A DNA stretch of 64,000 nucleotides from Azolla caroliniana (Eukaryota > Plantae > Polypodiophyta), in the NCBI GenBank assembly GCA_043228905.1, contig JBHGNT010000011.1, forward strand, positions 7,750,001-7,814,000. The letters run 5' to 3'. Shown here in pieces: positions 10,864 through 30,025 of this stretch (positions are counted from its first letter, which is position 1; each line of letters starts with the position of its first letter). Under the pieces are notes generated by a model, which was given only the letters and a program-made list of their open reading frames with translations, had not been told where the DNA came from and made no database searches. Position numbers and translations under genes: made by a program.

Positions 10864-13848
10864 ATGAATAGGACATTAAACCACCGCCACATGGCACGCA
10901 ATGCTATTATAGTACACGACTTGCACATGCGGAGGCTCGAAAAAGGCGCCAAGATGCAGAGAGAAAAACCCCCACGCATTGAGACCTTCTCCTATCGCGA
11001 ACCAAGGAGAACAGACGCAGAGCGACGGGTGAAGATAAATCGTAGAGAGCTCGCACACAGAGAACCCCCTCCCTCAGAACTTTCTCTCTCACATTCTCCC
11101 CACCATCAAACCTCTCCAACGCTCTCCGACCTCGACGTAGAGATGGACTGCCAAACGTTGTCTGAAGCCGCCAAGAAATGGTTACGGCAGCACGGTCTGG
11201 AGGGTTTCTTAATGATCATGGAGGCAGCGCCACACAAGGAGGCCGAGAAGATTATAAAAGAAATCGACACGGAGGTTATCACGGAGGAGGCGATCCGTGC
11301 GTTAATAGGCCTTTCGGAGGGCGATATCTACACGATCGAAAATCCTACCCCCGAGCAACTCATCAATTATTTCGGTGAGTACTCTCTAGCCAGCAAGGGC
11401 TATAGGACACAGGGCGGCGAAGATATGCTATTCCAGGAAATTGCCCGTGTGCTCCACGAGTTCGGCCACGTGTACCCTCGACCCCCCGTCATGCCTCAGA
11501 ACCGAGCAGGCTTGATCATCGCAACGTATGAAGGGGTCAAGGTAGATTGGCCGGTGCTGATCGCCGACGGGCTGTGTACGGCCATTGATATAGTAAGGGG
11601 AAAGGACGACAAGGAAGGCCGGAAAATATGGCATGCGGTGACACAATGGCTGACCCTGTTGGCGCCACCAGTCGAGCCTGTCCAAACCAAGAAGCGGGGA
11701 AGAGCAACGGACGGCACCCCGAAACCTGCTTCGAAACAACAACAACTGTTGGCCTCCAAAGCCACTAAGGGGAAGACTGCCGAAGCAGAGAAGGCGGCGA
11801 AGGAGCGCGCCAGCCGGAAGCGACTGACGGACACGCACGAGGAGACACCGGCACGGGCCTTGAAGAGCCCACTCCACCGACCGGCGCAACAGGAAACAGA
11901 CACCTTGGTGGCAAGAATGAATGCCGAGACTCAGGTGGAAGAGATGGAGGAAGAACCCACGGAGCACCTCCAGAGGTGGCTGGTGAAGAGCACCGCAGAA
12001 TCAGCCGGGAAACGTTCGGACCCACAGAAGGATGGAACACCCGCAACTCACGTTGAGCAACCCACGCCAAGGGAGGCACCGGAACCGGTTCGGATGGAAC
12101 TGGTCACAGAAGTCCCGACACAACAGGCAGCACCGGCAAGCCCCGTCACCCAAGAGCTGGAGATACAAAGGCCAACCGCCCCAACCGGCCAAGAACAAGC
12201 AGACAAGGGGCGACTAGACGAAACACACTCAAAGCCGGAACGGCAAAGTGGTCAGCTGGCAGAACCAGAAGCGCAGCTTGACGTAGAAAGGTGGGACCAG
12301 CCACCGACGAGTGAACCCATCAGCCAACTCTTTGTGCAAGCGCAACAATAGTGCACCGGCAGCCAATGGCTCCGGTGGATAGGAGACCAAATTGCCGGAG
12401 TAGTCGGATGCATAGAGGCAGAGGAAAGAGCGCAAACGGAACAGTTGCTCGTCACAACCGATGAACTGGAGATGGCCCGGTCAAGGATCCAGTGCCTGGA
12501 ACAAGACTTGGATCGGATCACAGGAGATATGGCCAAAATGGCCTTAACCGCAACGCAGGTCCAGGCACCGGTGACTCCGGTTGATGTACAGAAGAATAAG
12601 ACCCCGGAGACACAAACTGTCCCGGAGAAAGAGGCGGCGCAAGCCCAAGAGCTTGTGGAATTACGAGATGAGCTAGCCGCACAAGAAGCATTACGGAGCC
12701 ACGAATGCGACTTGAAGAAGGCGGCCGAAGAAGAATTAAGAAAGACTGCTGAGAACCTTCACCGTGCAGAGGAAAACCTGCGTAAAGGACATCATGCTTA
12801 CGACCGGCTGAAGGAGGAAAAAGAGAAAGTGCTGCAGGAAAAAGACAAGCTGCGACGGATGGCGGAAATGGAAATCGAGTGGCTGAAGGAAGAGCTCCGG
12901 CAACAGAAGGACCGGGAGGACCGTGCGCGCCGTCAGATAAACCAAAGGCTGAAGCAGAAGACCGATGATTTCGAGCATCTGCATCGGGACTACAAGCAGC
13001 TGGAGACGGAGCATCAACAACGGATGGCCGAGCTCCGGCAAGAGGTTGATAAGGCCACAACGGCACTCGCCGAAGAACGAGCGGAAAGTTCCAGGCTATT
13101 GGAGGAAGCGGTGAATGACCGGATGGAGCTCCACAAACAGAACCATGAAGACAAGGAAAGAGCGACAATGGTACTACAGAGGTTGCAAACAACCTATCAA
13201 ACTCAATTGTCGCATTATAGGGAGCATGAGGCGGACACGGTTCGGATCATCAAGCAGTTGAAGGAAGAGCGACAAGCCGCATAAAATAAATCACAGATGG
13301 GAGCCGAACGGATCCAGTGCATCCTCCGGTCATGGCTCACTAAAACCAAAAGCTTGATTGATGACAGCTCTGTGCGTTGGTGGGCAAAATGGGCGCAGAA
13401 TACCGCGGAACTCCAATTGCTTAGGGCGGACGTTGAAAACCGGCGAAAGGAGGGCGACGATTGCTATATGCTGACCTCGGAGGACTTCACCACCATCAGG
13501 GACGAGCTGGCGGAAGTTTTCACAGCCCTGGCGGATGAACAATTGGTGCAGGTCCGGCGGCTCGTAGCTCAACTGGACGATGATCAGCTGGAGGCTCAAA
13601 TCCAGTCTGAAAGCTATGAGCGGTCCCGGCTCCGGGAAGAAAAAGCGCGAAAGGCGGCAACGGTCAACCTTAGTGATGAGGAACCGTCGCCAGTGCAAAG
13701 ACCGGAGAGGGAACAAGCCGGGGTCAGTCAGCCACAGACAACTACGACGGAGAAACCAATGATGGAAACCCCGGTGCCACAGCCACAAACGGAGCAGCAG
13801 CTGACGCCACAAACGGAACAACAACAGCAGCCACAACAACAACAATAG
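10864..13848 (+). pseudogene. Extra ORF downstream of pol (about 995 codons, two in-frame stops), coiled-coil rich, function unknown
   Basis: ORFs 10864-12351, 12445-13284 and 13297-13848 share one frame. It lies between the integrase and the 3' LTR and contains a long E/K/R/Q/L-rich segment. Confidence 0.75.
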
Positions 13849-14288
13849 ATTCACGACGAGCCATTGGAAATTTTGGAGCAAAGCATTCTGGACATTTTGG
13901 ACGAAGCGTAAAAGGGTCGGATAGTGGGTTCGACGTACAAGGTACTGTCCCACGGGCGTGCCATGTGTTACCGGACGGCAAAGAAGGCTTAAGGAGGTCC
14001 AAACCAGAGTGTGAAAGGAATAGTTATTTGGGAACTGTTGTAATTAGTAGTCTTAATATATAGATATTATTATATAAGAAGATGTGGACGGATGGACCGG
14101 AATCGGTATGCCGATCCGGATCCAGAACGATTCCGTAAAGGTGCTATTTGACACCGTTTTGTACTTCGCACCGGAGACCTATATAAAGGCCCGGTTACAA
14201 TGTAATCAGGAGCAGATAATTAATAAAGCGTATTGTCTTAATCTTCAAGTGTTGATTATTGTTCTGTATTTATTGTTATATCTTACGC

Positions 14289-17200
14289 TGTCGTAGTGTA
14301 TTCCACACACTACGTGAAAACCATAAAATAATATATCCGATTTTAGATACATATAAATAAATAAATGATATATCAGAATATTTATTACGTGCATAGGGCA
14401 AGATTTGAACCTTGCACCTCCACGTAGATAAACCTCAACTTTACCATTGTAATAACTTATCTTTAGTGTTATACATATAGATTTAATATGTATAAGACCT
14501 TTATTTACACATACCTTTATTAAAAGGTAAAAATCATGTATTCTTTAGGGTGTGAATATTTTATTTACACGTGACATTAAAAGTGACTCATGCACATCTA
14601 GCGTGCATGAGCCCTATACTTAGGAAATAACAAAGCATCACATGCACATTTAGTGTGCATGGACACTTTTGGTGAAAAAGCATGAAGCCATGCTTAGCCT
14701 CTTCGATTTTTATATAAGGAGGAGAGAAATATGTATAAGGTTGTTGATTAATATAGAAGGATTGATCAATCTAATATATTCGTGGGATTCACGAATTTTG
14801 CCATTCAAATTACTCTTATAATCTAAATATTGTTTTAAAATACACTAAACTCGTGGGATTCACGAGATTGCTATCTTACTTCTCTTTCTATTATTCATAA
14901 CTAGCCTTAAGTTGTATTCCTCTTCCTCCTAGTCCAAAACCTCGGCGGTTCCCACCCGACTCACGCAACGATCCAGAGCCGAAAGGCACGACACAGTTGG
15001 TGAACTTGACGTGAAGACCCGGGTGGCAAGGAGATGGAAAATCAACCGGAGGCTAGCAACATGATGATGATGTTTGAACGCATGCTACAAGAACAACGCG
15101 CGATGTCAGAGATAGCAGCATCAGTGGAGCGGCTCGTGCAACGAAATGGGCAATTCAACGGGAAAGACGTGTCGCGGTATCTTCGGGACTACAAGGCAGA
15201 GATGCTACGGTGCGGAATATCGGAAGGACTGCAAGTGACGTCCTTCAACTGGGTGGCGACCGACGGGCTTCAAGCAAGCATCCATGGGCTACGACAACAA
15301 AATCCAACATGGGAGGCGTTTGAAGAAGAGCTAAAGAGGACGTTCGCCATCGAGGATTCCTCCAAGGCGACGTGAAGGGGATTCGAAGATTGGGTGGAGA
15401 CGCCGGACAAGGGATTGAAGGTCGTTGATGTGTTTTCGGCATTCGAAAGCCGGTTCGGGAGGTTGTCCGCGAGAGATCAAGCTATCCTCGTACCGGACAA
15501 GGTGATCATGTTCTTGCGAGCCGTGGACGTCCGGGACCGGAAAGATCTCGGAGTGCTCTTGGAGGACACGACCACGGAGAGCGGCCTCACCGAAACATGG
15601 GAAAGCGTGCGGGATATTGTCGCGCGATACACGAAGAGGGGGCAATGGCTTGCCAACGAGGAAAAGAGGGTTTCGGAACCGATTCCGAAACCGAGAACCG
15701 GATTGGAAGACCATCAACCAAGGGCTCGGGAGACTACAACCGAGAAGGGGATTGATGCATCTACGGTGGAGCAACTATTGAAGGAGATGGAGAATCTGAA
15801 GATCGCGATGGTGAAGAAGTCGGATGACCGCCCCACAAGCTCCAAGTATACGGACCGACGGTGCATATGGTGCGATAGCGCCGAACACGATCGGAGGGAT
15901 TGCGACGAGCATAAGGAGGCTCTACGGCGGGATCTCATCTACTACGAGGGAAACCAGATTCATTTGATGGACTCTCGGAAGCCATTTCAACCAAACTTCC
16001 GGAAAGGCGGCATGAAGAAGGTGCTCGAGGAGGAATTGGCGGCAAGAAGCAACTATGCGACAACCACGGGAATATGTGTCGGGGAGTCATCGAGAGCAAA
16101 GACGTCTTTTTGGCCGGAAGTTCTAGGAAACACCGAGAAAACTGACTCCAACGAGATCCGAAGCACCGCGGAAGGCGTCCGGGAAGCTACGGGATGGGAG
16201 TGCCCTGTTGATAAGAATAGCGTATACGCTCTGTGTCAATTGCATAAGGTGTATGTGGACGAGAAACGACGGCGCACGGAGGATGCGGGCGGGCCATCGA
16301 AGATACCAGAAAGTTGGAACTCCGGAGGTAAGGGAAAAGAAAAGGCGACTCCGGCATTCAAGCTCGCCTCGGACATAGAACAACAAACCGACTTGAAAAG
16401 AGTGTTCGAGGAAAGGATCTTGGATAGCCGGGTAGATTTCTCGCTTCGGGAGCTACTCGGAATAGCAAAGGAGTTCCACGATCTTCTCGTGGATCTTGTG
16501 AAGCGAAAAAGACAAAGTACGGAGGAAAATGCTCCAAGGGTGAATGCGAACACCGTTTTAATGAACGACACCGAAGTGGAGGATGAAATTCCGAACTCCC
16601 ACTATACAAGGCCACATTGGGCACGCACGACTACGGAGACTCCGGTCCGAATCGGCAACATCAAAGAACCCGTGCTAGCATTGATTGATCACGGATCGGA
16701 GGTCAACTTGATGTCCAAGGAGTTCTATCGGAAGGGGAAGTGGCCTATTAACACCAACCATGGATGGAAGATTCGGGTGGCCACCAAAGCAACGGAAGAT
16801 CTATTTGCGGCTTGTCCGGATGTGACGGTGAAGATCGGGGATGTCGAGATTGACCAAAATTTCTTCGTGCAAGATGAGGTTTCACATTCCGTTATCCTCG
16901 GCCAACCCTTTATCACGGCATCACGGATGGAGACGAAGGTGCTCGATAGCGGTGCGGCTTTTGCGCGAATTCGGAGCCAAAACGGTGGGAAATCCGTCCA
17001 AGTCCTAACGGTGCCGGCAAATCACGAAAGGAAGAAGAGGGAACTCTTGTCCCAAGTGAGAATGGATTTTTAAAGCGGACTGTTGCGGAGTGGGGAAGTG
17101 ATAGTCCGAGAAGCCCTGATACCCCACACAGGAAGAAAACTCTCGGAGCAAAACATGTATGAATCGGTCCGGATGGGGCATCTACGTACACGACCGTAAC

Positions 17201-20200
17201 CAGAGGATTGAAGAAAGGATACTGACAAGTGGAGGATAAGTTGCGGTCGGCATCAATAATAAAAGAAGATGAAGAAATCATGGGGATAGTCGAAGAAGTG
17301 TTCTATGGGAGCACGCTACAACGACTTGAAGAGCTTGTGGAAGATAAAAGCCAAGGGAACCGGGTAGTCCCGGTGGAATAGGTCGAGATGTACGAGATCA
17401 TTGCGAAAATGGAGCTGGTGGATACGCTCCGCAAAGAAGAAGCAATGGTAAGTACGAAATACAAGACCGTGGAGAAGAAGGTGAAACCGGCCGCGGGATC
17501 ACTACCCGCCGATAGCGAACAAAAGAGGAAAGAAGTCTCGGGAGATCCGACACTTCGGAAGTCCGTGGATATCGGACATGCCTTCATGGATGAGACCCGG
17601 AAGAAACTTCGGATCGGTGGAGGTGGGTTCCTATTACAAAAAGAAGAAGAACGGTTTCACGAGATGTTGGAGCAACACGGCAAAGCGTTTGCATTTACAT
17701 CAAGGGAGATAGGGTGCGTCGATCCAAGAATAGTGGAGCCGATGGTGATCTTCATGATTGACCATGTACCGTGGAACCTGAAGTCGATTCTGGTGCCACG
17801 AGCGCATATTCCGAAAGTCATTGACTTGCTCAAGGAGAAGGTGGCGATGGGGATTCTAGAGCCATCAACTGCTCCGTACTCAAATCGATGGTTTACGGTT
17901 CCGAAGACTTATCCAAGACTTGCAACCGGTGAATAAGGTCACGATCCGGAACTCGGGAGTCGGTCTGATAGTGGACGAATTTGCGGAAGCTTTTGCCGGT
18001 CGTGCGATATACTCCATCGGAGACCTGTACTCGGGGTATGACCAATTCCAACTAGCTGTGGAGAGCTGAGACATCACAACCATGCGAACACCGATAGGAT
18101 TAGTCCGAATGTGCACACTACCACAAGGAGTGACAAACTCGGTTGCTCATATGATGAACGCGATGAACAAGGTGCTTCGAGACTGCATTCCGGAGATAAC
18201 GATGCCGTTCCTCGATGACATTCCGATGAAAGGATGCGCGGTAGAAGAAAAAGATGAGACTATGGATGATCGGGGATGCCGAAAGTTCGTGGTCGACCAT
18301 ATTCATGATTGCGAGAAAGTGTTGTGAAAGCTAGAAGATGTGCACCTAACACTTTCCGAGGAGAAATCGACATTCAGGCAAGAAGAAATATTGGTGGTCG
18401 GACATCTATGTGGGCCCTACGGCCGAAGACCGTCACCAACAAAGATCGATGCGATGCAAGCTATGGAGGAAATATGCGAGTCAACATCCGAAGTCCGAAG
18501 GTTTCTCGGTGCATGTGCATTCTATCACATATGGATTCCGCACTATGCACATATAGCGGACCCGCTCTACCACTTGTTGCAGAAAGGTAAGAAATTCGAA
18601 TGGAAATTGGAACATACCAAAGCCATGAAGAAATTGAAGAAGACACTTCGGAGGGCGGAAGCACTTAAGAAGCCGAGCTACGACCGACCGATCATAGTAA
18701 CGGTTGATACAAGTCCAACTGGTATCGGGTGGGTCATCAATCAAGTTGACTCGGATGGTTCGCGGTATCCGATCCGATTCGGAGCAAAGATTCTCAACGA
18801 AAGGCAACGTGGATATGCACAAGTCAAAAGAGAACTGTGGGGAGTCGTGTCGGCGATAAAATCGGATCGGGATTATTTGATCGGAGCCGAAGTGGTGATC
18901 GAGACGGATTGTCTTCCGATACTCGGGATGATGCGGTGTTGTACGATACCAGATGTAGCTATGCTAAGGTGGGTTGCATATGTCAAGTCGCTTAATCCGG
19001 AGGTTCGACACATCTCAGGGAAGGAAAACGCGGTAGCGGATATGTTATCAAGGGCTCGGTTCGGAGACGACATAACCGAATCGGATAATGAAGAAGTTTC
19101 TGAAGACTACTTCGCGTCGGAGCACATATGCCGAGTGAACGTAATCCGAGAATTCCGGGAAGAAGAATACGAGGGAGAAAGTTTGATGATCGGAAAGATG
19201 TTACAAGAGGCCGAGGACTCGACAAACGATAAAGGAAGAAGAGCCGAGATCCGAAGGAAGAAGAGGCAAGTCCAAAAGTTCTTCTTGGAAAACGGATTAA
19301 TATGGAGGGCGCCGAAAAGACTGGATGGTATACCACTTCGAGTAGTCGGGACAAAAGAGCAACGAAACCGGATAATGTCTGAGTTTCACGAATCCGATTG
19401 GGCTGGACACTGAGGAACATGGGCAACAATTGTGAAGATCAAGCAAAAATATTGGTGGAAGAAAATGTACAAAGATGTCGTGGAGTTCACGGAAAGCTGC
19501 GAGAAATGTCAAGTCTACTCCGGGGTTCGACATCAAGATGAGTTACATCCGACATTCTCACCGACAATCAACTTCAAGTGGATGGTCGACATAGTGGCCA
19601 TGCCGACCGGGATCGGACAAAAGAAATACTTGGTATTAGCTCGGGAAGATCTCACGAATCAAGCAGAAGGTCGAGCGCTTCAGAGGAAAACGTGTTCCGC
19701 GGTATGCCAATTTCTTTTGGAGGAAGTATTTTGCAGGTACGGGTGCGTAGGGCAAGTGATTGCGGACCAGGGAGAACTCGACTCGGACAAAGCTAGGGGA
19801 TTCTTCGCCAAACACGGAGTTCGGTTAACGCTGACAACGGCATACAATCCGGAGGCCAACGGGAAAATCGAACGAGGACATAGTCCGATCGTGAAAGCAC
19901 TTGCGAAGGCATGCGATGGAAAGGTGAAGGACTGGCCGCAGATGCTTCCGTATGCACTATGGGCGGATCGGACGACGCATAGTTCCGTAACCGGTTACAT
20001 GCCGGCAGAACTCATGACCGGACAAGCACCAGTAATGCCGACAGAAACCGCGATCGCAACATGGACAGTGCTACCGTGGAAGGAAGAGATGAGCCGGGAA
20101 GAACTACTAGCGGTTCGGATACGACAACTAGAGGGAAGACCGGCAGACATAGCGGAAGCAATACGCTGACAACAAGAAGCACGATTCCAGAACAAAAGCC

Positions 20201-21357
20201 GGTTCGACACAAAGCACCGACTACGACCGAGGAGGATTGAAGAAGGAGATTGGGTGATCGTCTATGACAGTAGTTTGGACCATCAACATACAACGATGCG
20301 GAAATTCGCGAAAAGGTGGTTCGGGCCATACGAGGTTCGGAAAGTCTTCGACAATGGAACGTACCGACTGTCCAAGTTGGATGGAACAATACTACGAGTG
20401 CCTATAGCCGGGAAGCGGGTGAAGATTTTCAAGAAGCGGACCGACGACAAACCCTATGTGATCCAAGCCAAGGCCGACAACGAGGAGCAATCGGACGAAG
20501 ACCACGGTGATGCGGGAAGCGAAGAAAGTGAATTACAACTCATAGTCGACATAAGGGGAGAATCAGAGGAAGCTTTGGGTGAAGACGGATATGAGGAATC
20601 GAGAACTTCGGCACATACCGGAGGATGTGCGGGTTTAGAGGGGGCGAGTGTCGTAGTGTATTCCACACACTACGTGAAAACCATAAAATAATATATCCGA
20701 TTTTAGATACATATAAATAAATAAATAAATGATATATCAAAATATTTATTACGTGCATAGGGCAAGATTCGAACCTTGCACCTCCACATAGATAAACCTC
20801 AACTTTACCATTGTAATAACTTATCTTTAGTGTTATACATATAGATTTAATATGTATAAGACCTTTATTTACACATACCTTTATTAAAAGGTAAAAATCA
20901 TGTATTCTTTAGGGTGTGAATATTTTATTTACACGTGACATTAAAAGTGACTCATGCACATCTAGCGTGCATGAGCCCTATACTTAGGAAATAACAAAGC
21001 ATCACATGCACATTTAGTGTGCATGGACACTTTTGGTGAAAAAGCATGAAGCCATGCTTAGCCTCTTCGATTTTTATATAAGGAGGAGAGAAATATGTAT
21101 AAGGTTGTTGATTAATATAGAAGGATTGATCAATCTAATATATTCGTGGGATTCATGAATTTTGCCATCTAAATTACTCTTATAATCTAAATATTGTTTT
21201 AAAATACACTAAACTCGTGGGATTCACGAGATTGCTATCTTACTTCTCTTTCTATTATTCATAACTAGCCTTAAGTTGTATTCCTCTTCCTCCTAGTCCA
21301 AAACCTCGGCGGTTCCCACCCGACTCACGCAACGATCCAGAGCCGAAAGGCACGAGA
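14289..21357 (+). mobile_element. Full-length non-chromovirus gypsy (Phygy-like, tentative): LTRs 14289-14993 and 20649-21357, 4-bp TSD ACGC
   Basis: Near-identical LTRs (a few substitutions and one 4-bp indel). PBS TGGTGAACTTGACGTGA (tRNA-Trp-like); PPT AGAGGGGGCGAG. The empty site TTACGCGT is seen in the homologous LTR near 59280. Confidence 0.95.
15034..20691 (+). pseudogene. gag-pol of the nested gypsy (gag, protease, RT, RNase H, integrase) with stops/frameshifts
   Basis: CIWCDSAEH..DC knuckle, ALIDHGSE protease, PFLDDI RT, TVDTSPTGIG RNase H, YNPEANGKIERGH integrase, WFGPY. Confidence 0.92.
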
Positions 21358-22226
21358 ACGCGTGTTAATTACGGATGGCTAAGTAATCGATTAAGGTCTA
21401 ATTAAGCGTTGTGCCGTAAGTCATTCTGCCGTACCACCCTTTGGTGATGTGTCTTAAGTGGACAACCTATGTTAGGCTGTTGTTCGGCCCTAGCAATAAC
21501 ATGAACGATTTTGGTTCTTCAGGGAAAGTCAGGAGTAAGTCTTTGACATCATTTCGTAGGCCATATCGAAATTGTTCCATTAATTCTTGATCATCCCAAG
21601 GGATATCAGAGGCGAGTAGATGGAAATCTATAGTGTATGCGGAAGCTGGACGATCACCTTGACGTAATTGTCAGATTTTGTTGTTTGTCATCCTTATGGT
21701 ATCAATATCTCCAAAACAAGCTTTAAACTTGCTTATAAACTCCTCAAAATTATTTAGTAATGGAGATTCCTTTTCTAACAACGGAGCGAACCATGCCAAA
21801 GCTGAGCCACTTAGCAACGTGCCTACTAGACCCACTCGTGATGCATCGGTGGGATATCAAGAAGGATGCATTTGAATGACTAATCATACCTGATTAAGGA
21901 ATCCTTTGAATTGTGATCGCGTTCCATCGAATTTCATAGGAAGACAATCTTGGGTTGCATACTTGGTCCTTGTTGTTGTGATGCTACAATGGTTGCTTCA
22001 AGTTGTTGCACGCGTAACACTAGTTCCCTATGTTATTGTTGCGTTTGCTACTTTTCTAAGGAGATTTGTTGAAGATCCCCCAACAACCATTGATTTTTTT
22101 GTTCCAATGCGAGAAACTTCTCTTTCAAGCATTACAACTCTGAGAAAACGGATTGATATTCTTGAGCACTAACAAATGCCATAATATTAGAGAAAGGAGG
22201 GACAAGTAGTAAAATAGAAGGAATGA

Positions 22227-22329
22227 CAAATTCGGTTCAAAATGTCAAGAATAGTACTAAGACAGAGAGGGAATTAGTTCTAAAATATGAGGATTAGTAC
22301 TAAGTGGGGTGTAGAACTCTCGGGAGAAG

Positions 22330-22365
<36 letters not shown>

Positions 22366-22445
22366 TGATAACAAAAGATATATATTATATTAAGAGAATA
22401 TACAAGGATAGCTAGGAGGCTTAAGATTGGCGCTGAACCGATTTG
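22227..22445 (-). promoter_or_regulatory. Self-priming PBS of the chromovirus, complementary to the predicted transcript 5' end
   Basis: CAAATTCGGTTCA (22227-22239, just inside the 5' LTR boundary) is the reverse complement, with one extra base, of TGAACCGATTTG (22434-22445). That site lies about 26 nt downstream of the minus-strand TATAAAA (22471-22477). No TGG tRNA PBS is present. Confidence 0.7.
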
Positions 22446-22570
22446 GTTCTCAAAAATGCCATGTGCCTCCTTTTATAGTGGCTTAGGAATACTCTTGAGA
22501 AATCTAGAATATACATGGATTTCCTAAGTAAAATAATAAATGGAAATAATATTTTTTGTATTACAAAGTA

Positions 22571-22624
22571 TAGCTTAGTGGTAAGGCTTCAACCCATGTG
22601 ACACAAGGTTATGGGTTCAAATCC
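22571..22624 (+). promoter_or_regulatory. tRNA-like Pol III A/B-box module in chromovirus LTR U3 (second copy at 6387-6440)
   Basis: A-box TAGCTTAGTGG (22571-22581) and B-box GGTTCAAATCC (22614-22624) with tRNA-like spacing. Confidence 0.6.
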
Positions 22625-22758
22625 TTCTGAACCCTCTGAACCCATACCATGCTATATCATGACAAGTACAATGTGTTTGTCTTCTGGGATCGGGCCACAA
22701 TTAGGCTTCCTTTGCAGAACTTCATGACTCCGTTTCGGATGCTATCCGTGTAGCATTA

Positions 22759-28455
<5,697 letters not shown>

Positions 28456-28559
28456 CCTCTGAACCGACCAAACTCTTTAAAATTTATGAAGCCATTTAAA
28501 CCAAACCGTTTAAAGAATAGGAGAAACCAAACCGTTTAGGGTGAAAGCATGCGAGTGGA

Positions 28560-29575
28560 AACAATTAGTTATGTCCTTGACATAGCTAATTAGCTATGCA
28601 AAAAGCTACCATTGATAAATAGTCATTTTTGCAAAAAGCTACCAATGAAAATAGTAGAGAGTTTTAATTATATAAATGAGCACCATAAATGTGCAACATA
28701 AACGTGCAACATAAATTGATATGTGCACCATAAATTATATACTAAATTCCTAGGTCCATTATGCATGATCCATTGCCACATCACGTGGGCCATCTCTGGT
28801 TGAGTATTCTGCCTTAGATTACTACCATTGTTGCTAAACCCTATTGAGTCCACTCCTCCATTGCCGCCATTCTACCTAAGAATATGAGCATAACTATTTA
28901 GCTACCACAATAACTAATAAACTGTGTATGACTATAGCTAATTAGTTACCAGAATAACTAACTAGCTATTCCTAATAGCTAATTTAGTTATTACTAGCTA
29001 ATTAGCTACCAGAATAGCTAATTAGCTACCAATCATAGCAAATTAGCTAGCACTCTCAGCTAATTAGCTGCCTCTGACTATAGCTATTTAGCTACCAGAA
29101 TAGCTAATTAGCTACCTAAGAATATGCGCATAGCTATTTAGCTACCAGAATAGCTAATTAGCTATGTATGACTAACTAATTAGCTACTAGAATAGCGAAC
29201 TAGCTAACTAGCTAATTAACTACATATGACTATAGCTAATTAGCTACCAAATTAGCTAACTAGCTAATTTAGTTATTACCAGCTAATTAGTTGCTAGGAT
29301 AGCTAATTAGCTACCAATCATAGCTATTTAGCTACTAGAATAACTAATTAGTTGCCTATGATTATAGCTAATTAGCTACTAGAATAGCTAACTAACTATT
29401 CCCAATAGCTAATTAGTTATTACCAGCTATTTAACTGTCAAGATAGCTAATTAGCAACTAGATTAGCTAAGTAGCTATTCCCAATAGCGAATTTATTTAT
29501 TACCAGCTAATTAGCTACCGGAATAACTTATTAGCTGCTATAACAAGTTTGGAGCATAGCTAATCAGCTAATCAG
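28560..29575. repeat. Degenerate minisatellite built on the 14-bp palindrome TAGCTAATTAGCTA
   Basis: Many exact and variant copies, densest at 28890-29575. Confidence 0.9.
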
Positions 29576-29599
29576 TATGTCCATTTTATTACGCAGGTC

Positions 29600-30025
29600 G
29601 ATTTATTTATTAGGCTTAGGCGAATGCATCCAAATGTCAACAAGTGCAACTGGTGTGCATATGAATTGTGCAGCACATGTAGTTGAATTTTTAAGAGCTA
29701 ATATGTCAACGAGTGCAATTGGTGTTTATTCCTCGCAGGTTTGAGATATCAAAAGTGAAGATAGATGAAGTAAATAGGGAGAAGACCTAGGAGTGCCAAG
29801 GAATTCCCGGATTGCGATCTCTCCATGCTGTTCGCGGTTATTCTAGGTTGGATGGTCATTATATTGTGGTTAGAGAATTAACTTGTTTTTGCTTCCATTG
29901 TGTGCAGGGAAATTGGAGATATTATTTAAACAAAACATATATTCAGAATTGGGAGTATCATACATTTAATGGTAAGGAAGCAGTTGATGGAGAAACAGAA
30001 AAGAATGTTGACTTCACATATGAAG
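29600..30025 (+). pseudogene. Probable C-terminal fragment of a DNA transposase (GxRSLH...RxLxCFCxxC motif)
   Basis: IPGLRSLHAVRGYS..VRELTCFCFHCVQGNW. Family assignment is from motif memory only. Confidence 0.4.

Larger units (their letters stand above)
9206..21501 (+). mobile_element. Athila/OTA-like non-chromovirus gypsy, 5'-deleted, with 3' LTR 13966-21501 (interrupted)
   Basis: Flanked by TGAGC (9201-9205) and TGAAC (21502-21506). Starts with TGTTAC, identical to the LTR start at 13966. The LTR is homologous to 58947-59433. Confidence 0.82.
5784..22664 (-). mobile_element. Ty3/gypsy chromovirus (Tcn1-like) with LTRs 5784-6473 and 22243-22664; integrase core deleted; hosts two nested elements
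   Basis: Two homologous LTRs. Gag, protease (LDSGA), RT (FRTTYGHFEYTVMPFGL, IYLDNL), RNase H (NYEIHDKELLAI) and a chromodomain remnant are present. Inserted into the copia; no clear TSD. Confidence 0.88.

Noticed and set aside
11428-13953. Long minus-strand ORFs opposite the accessory ORF
   Set aside because: Shadow frames of a GC-rich, purine-biased sense ORF, with no recognisable motifs.
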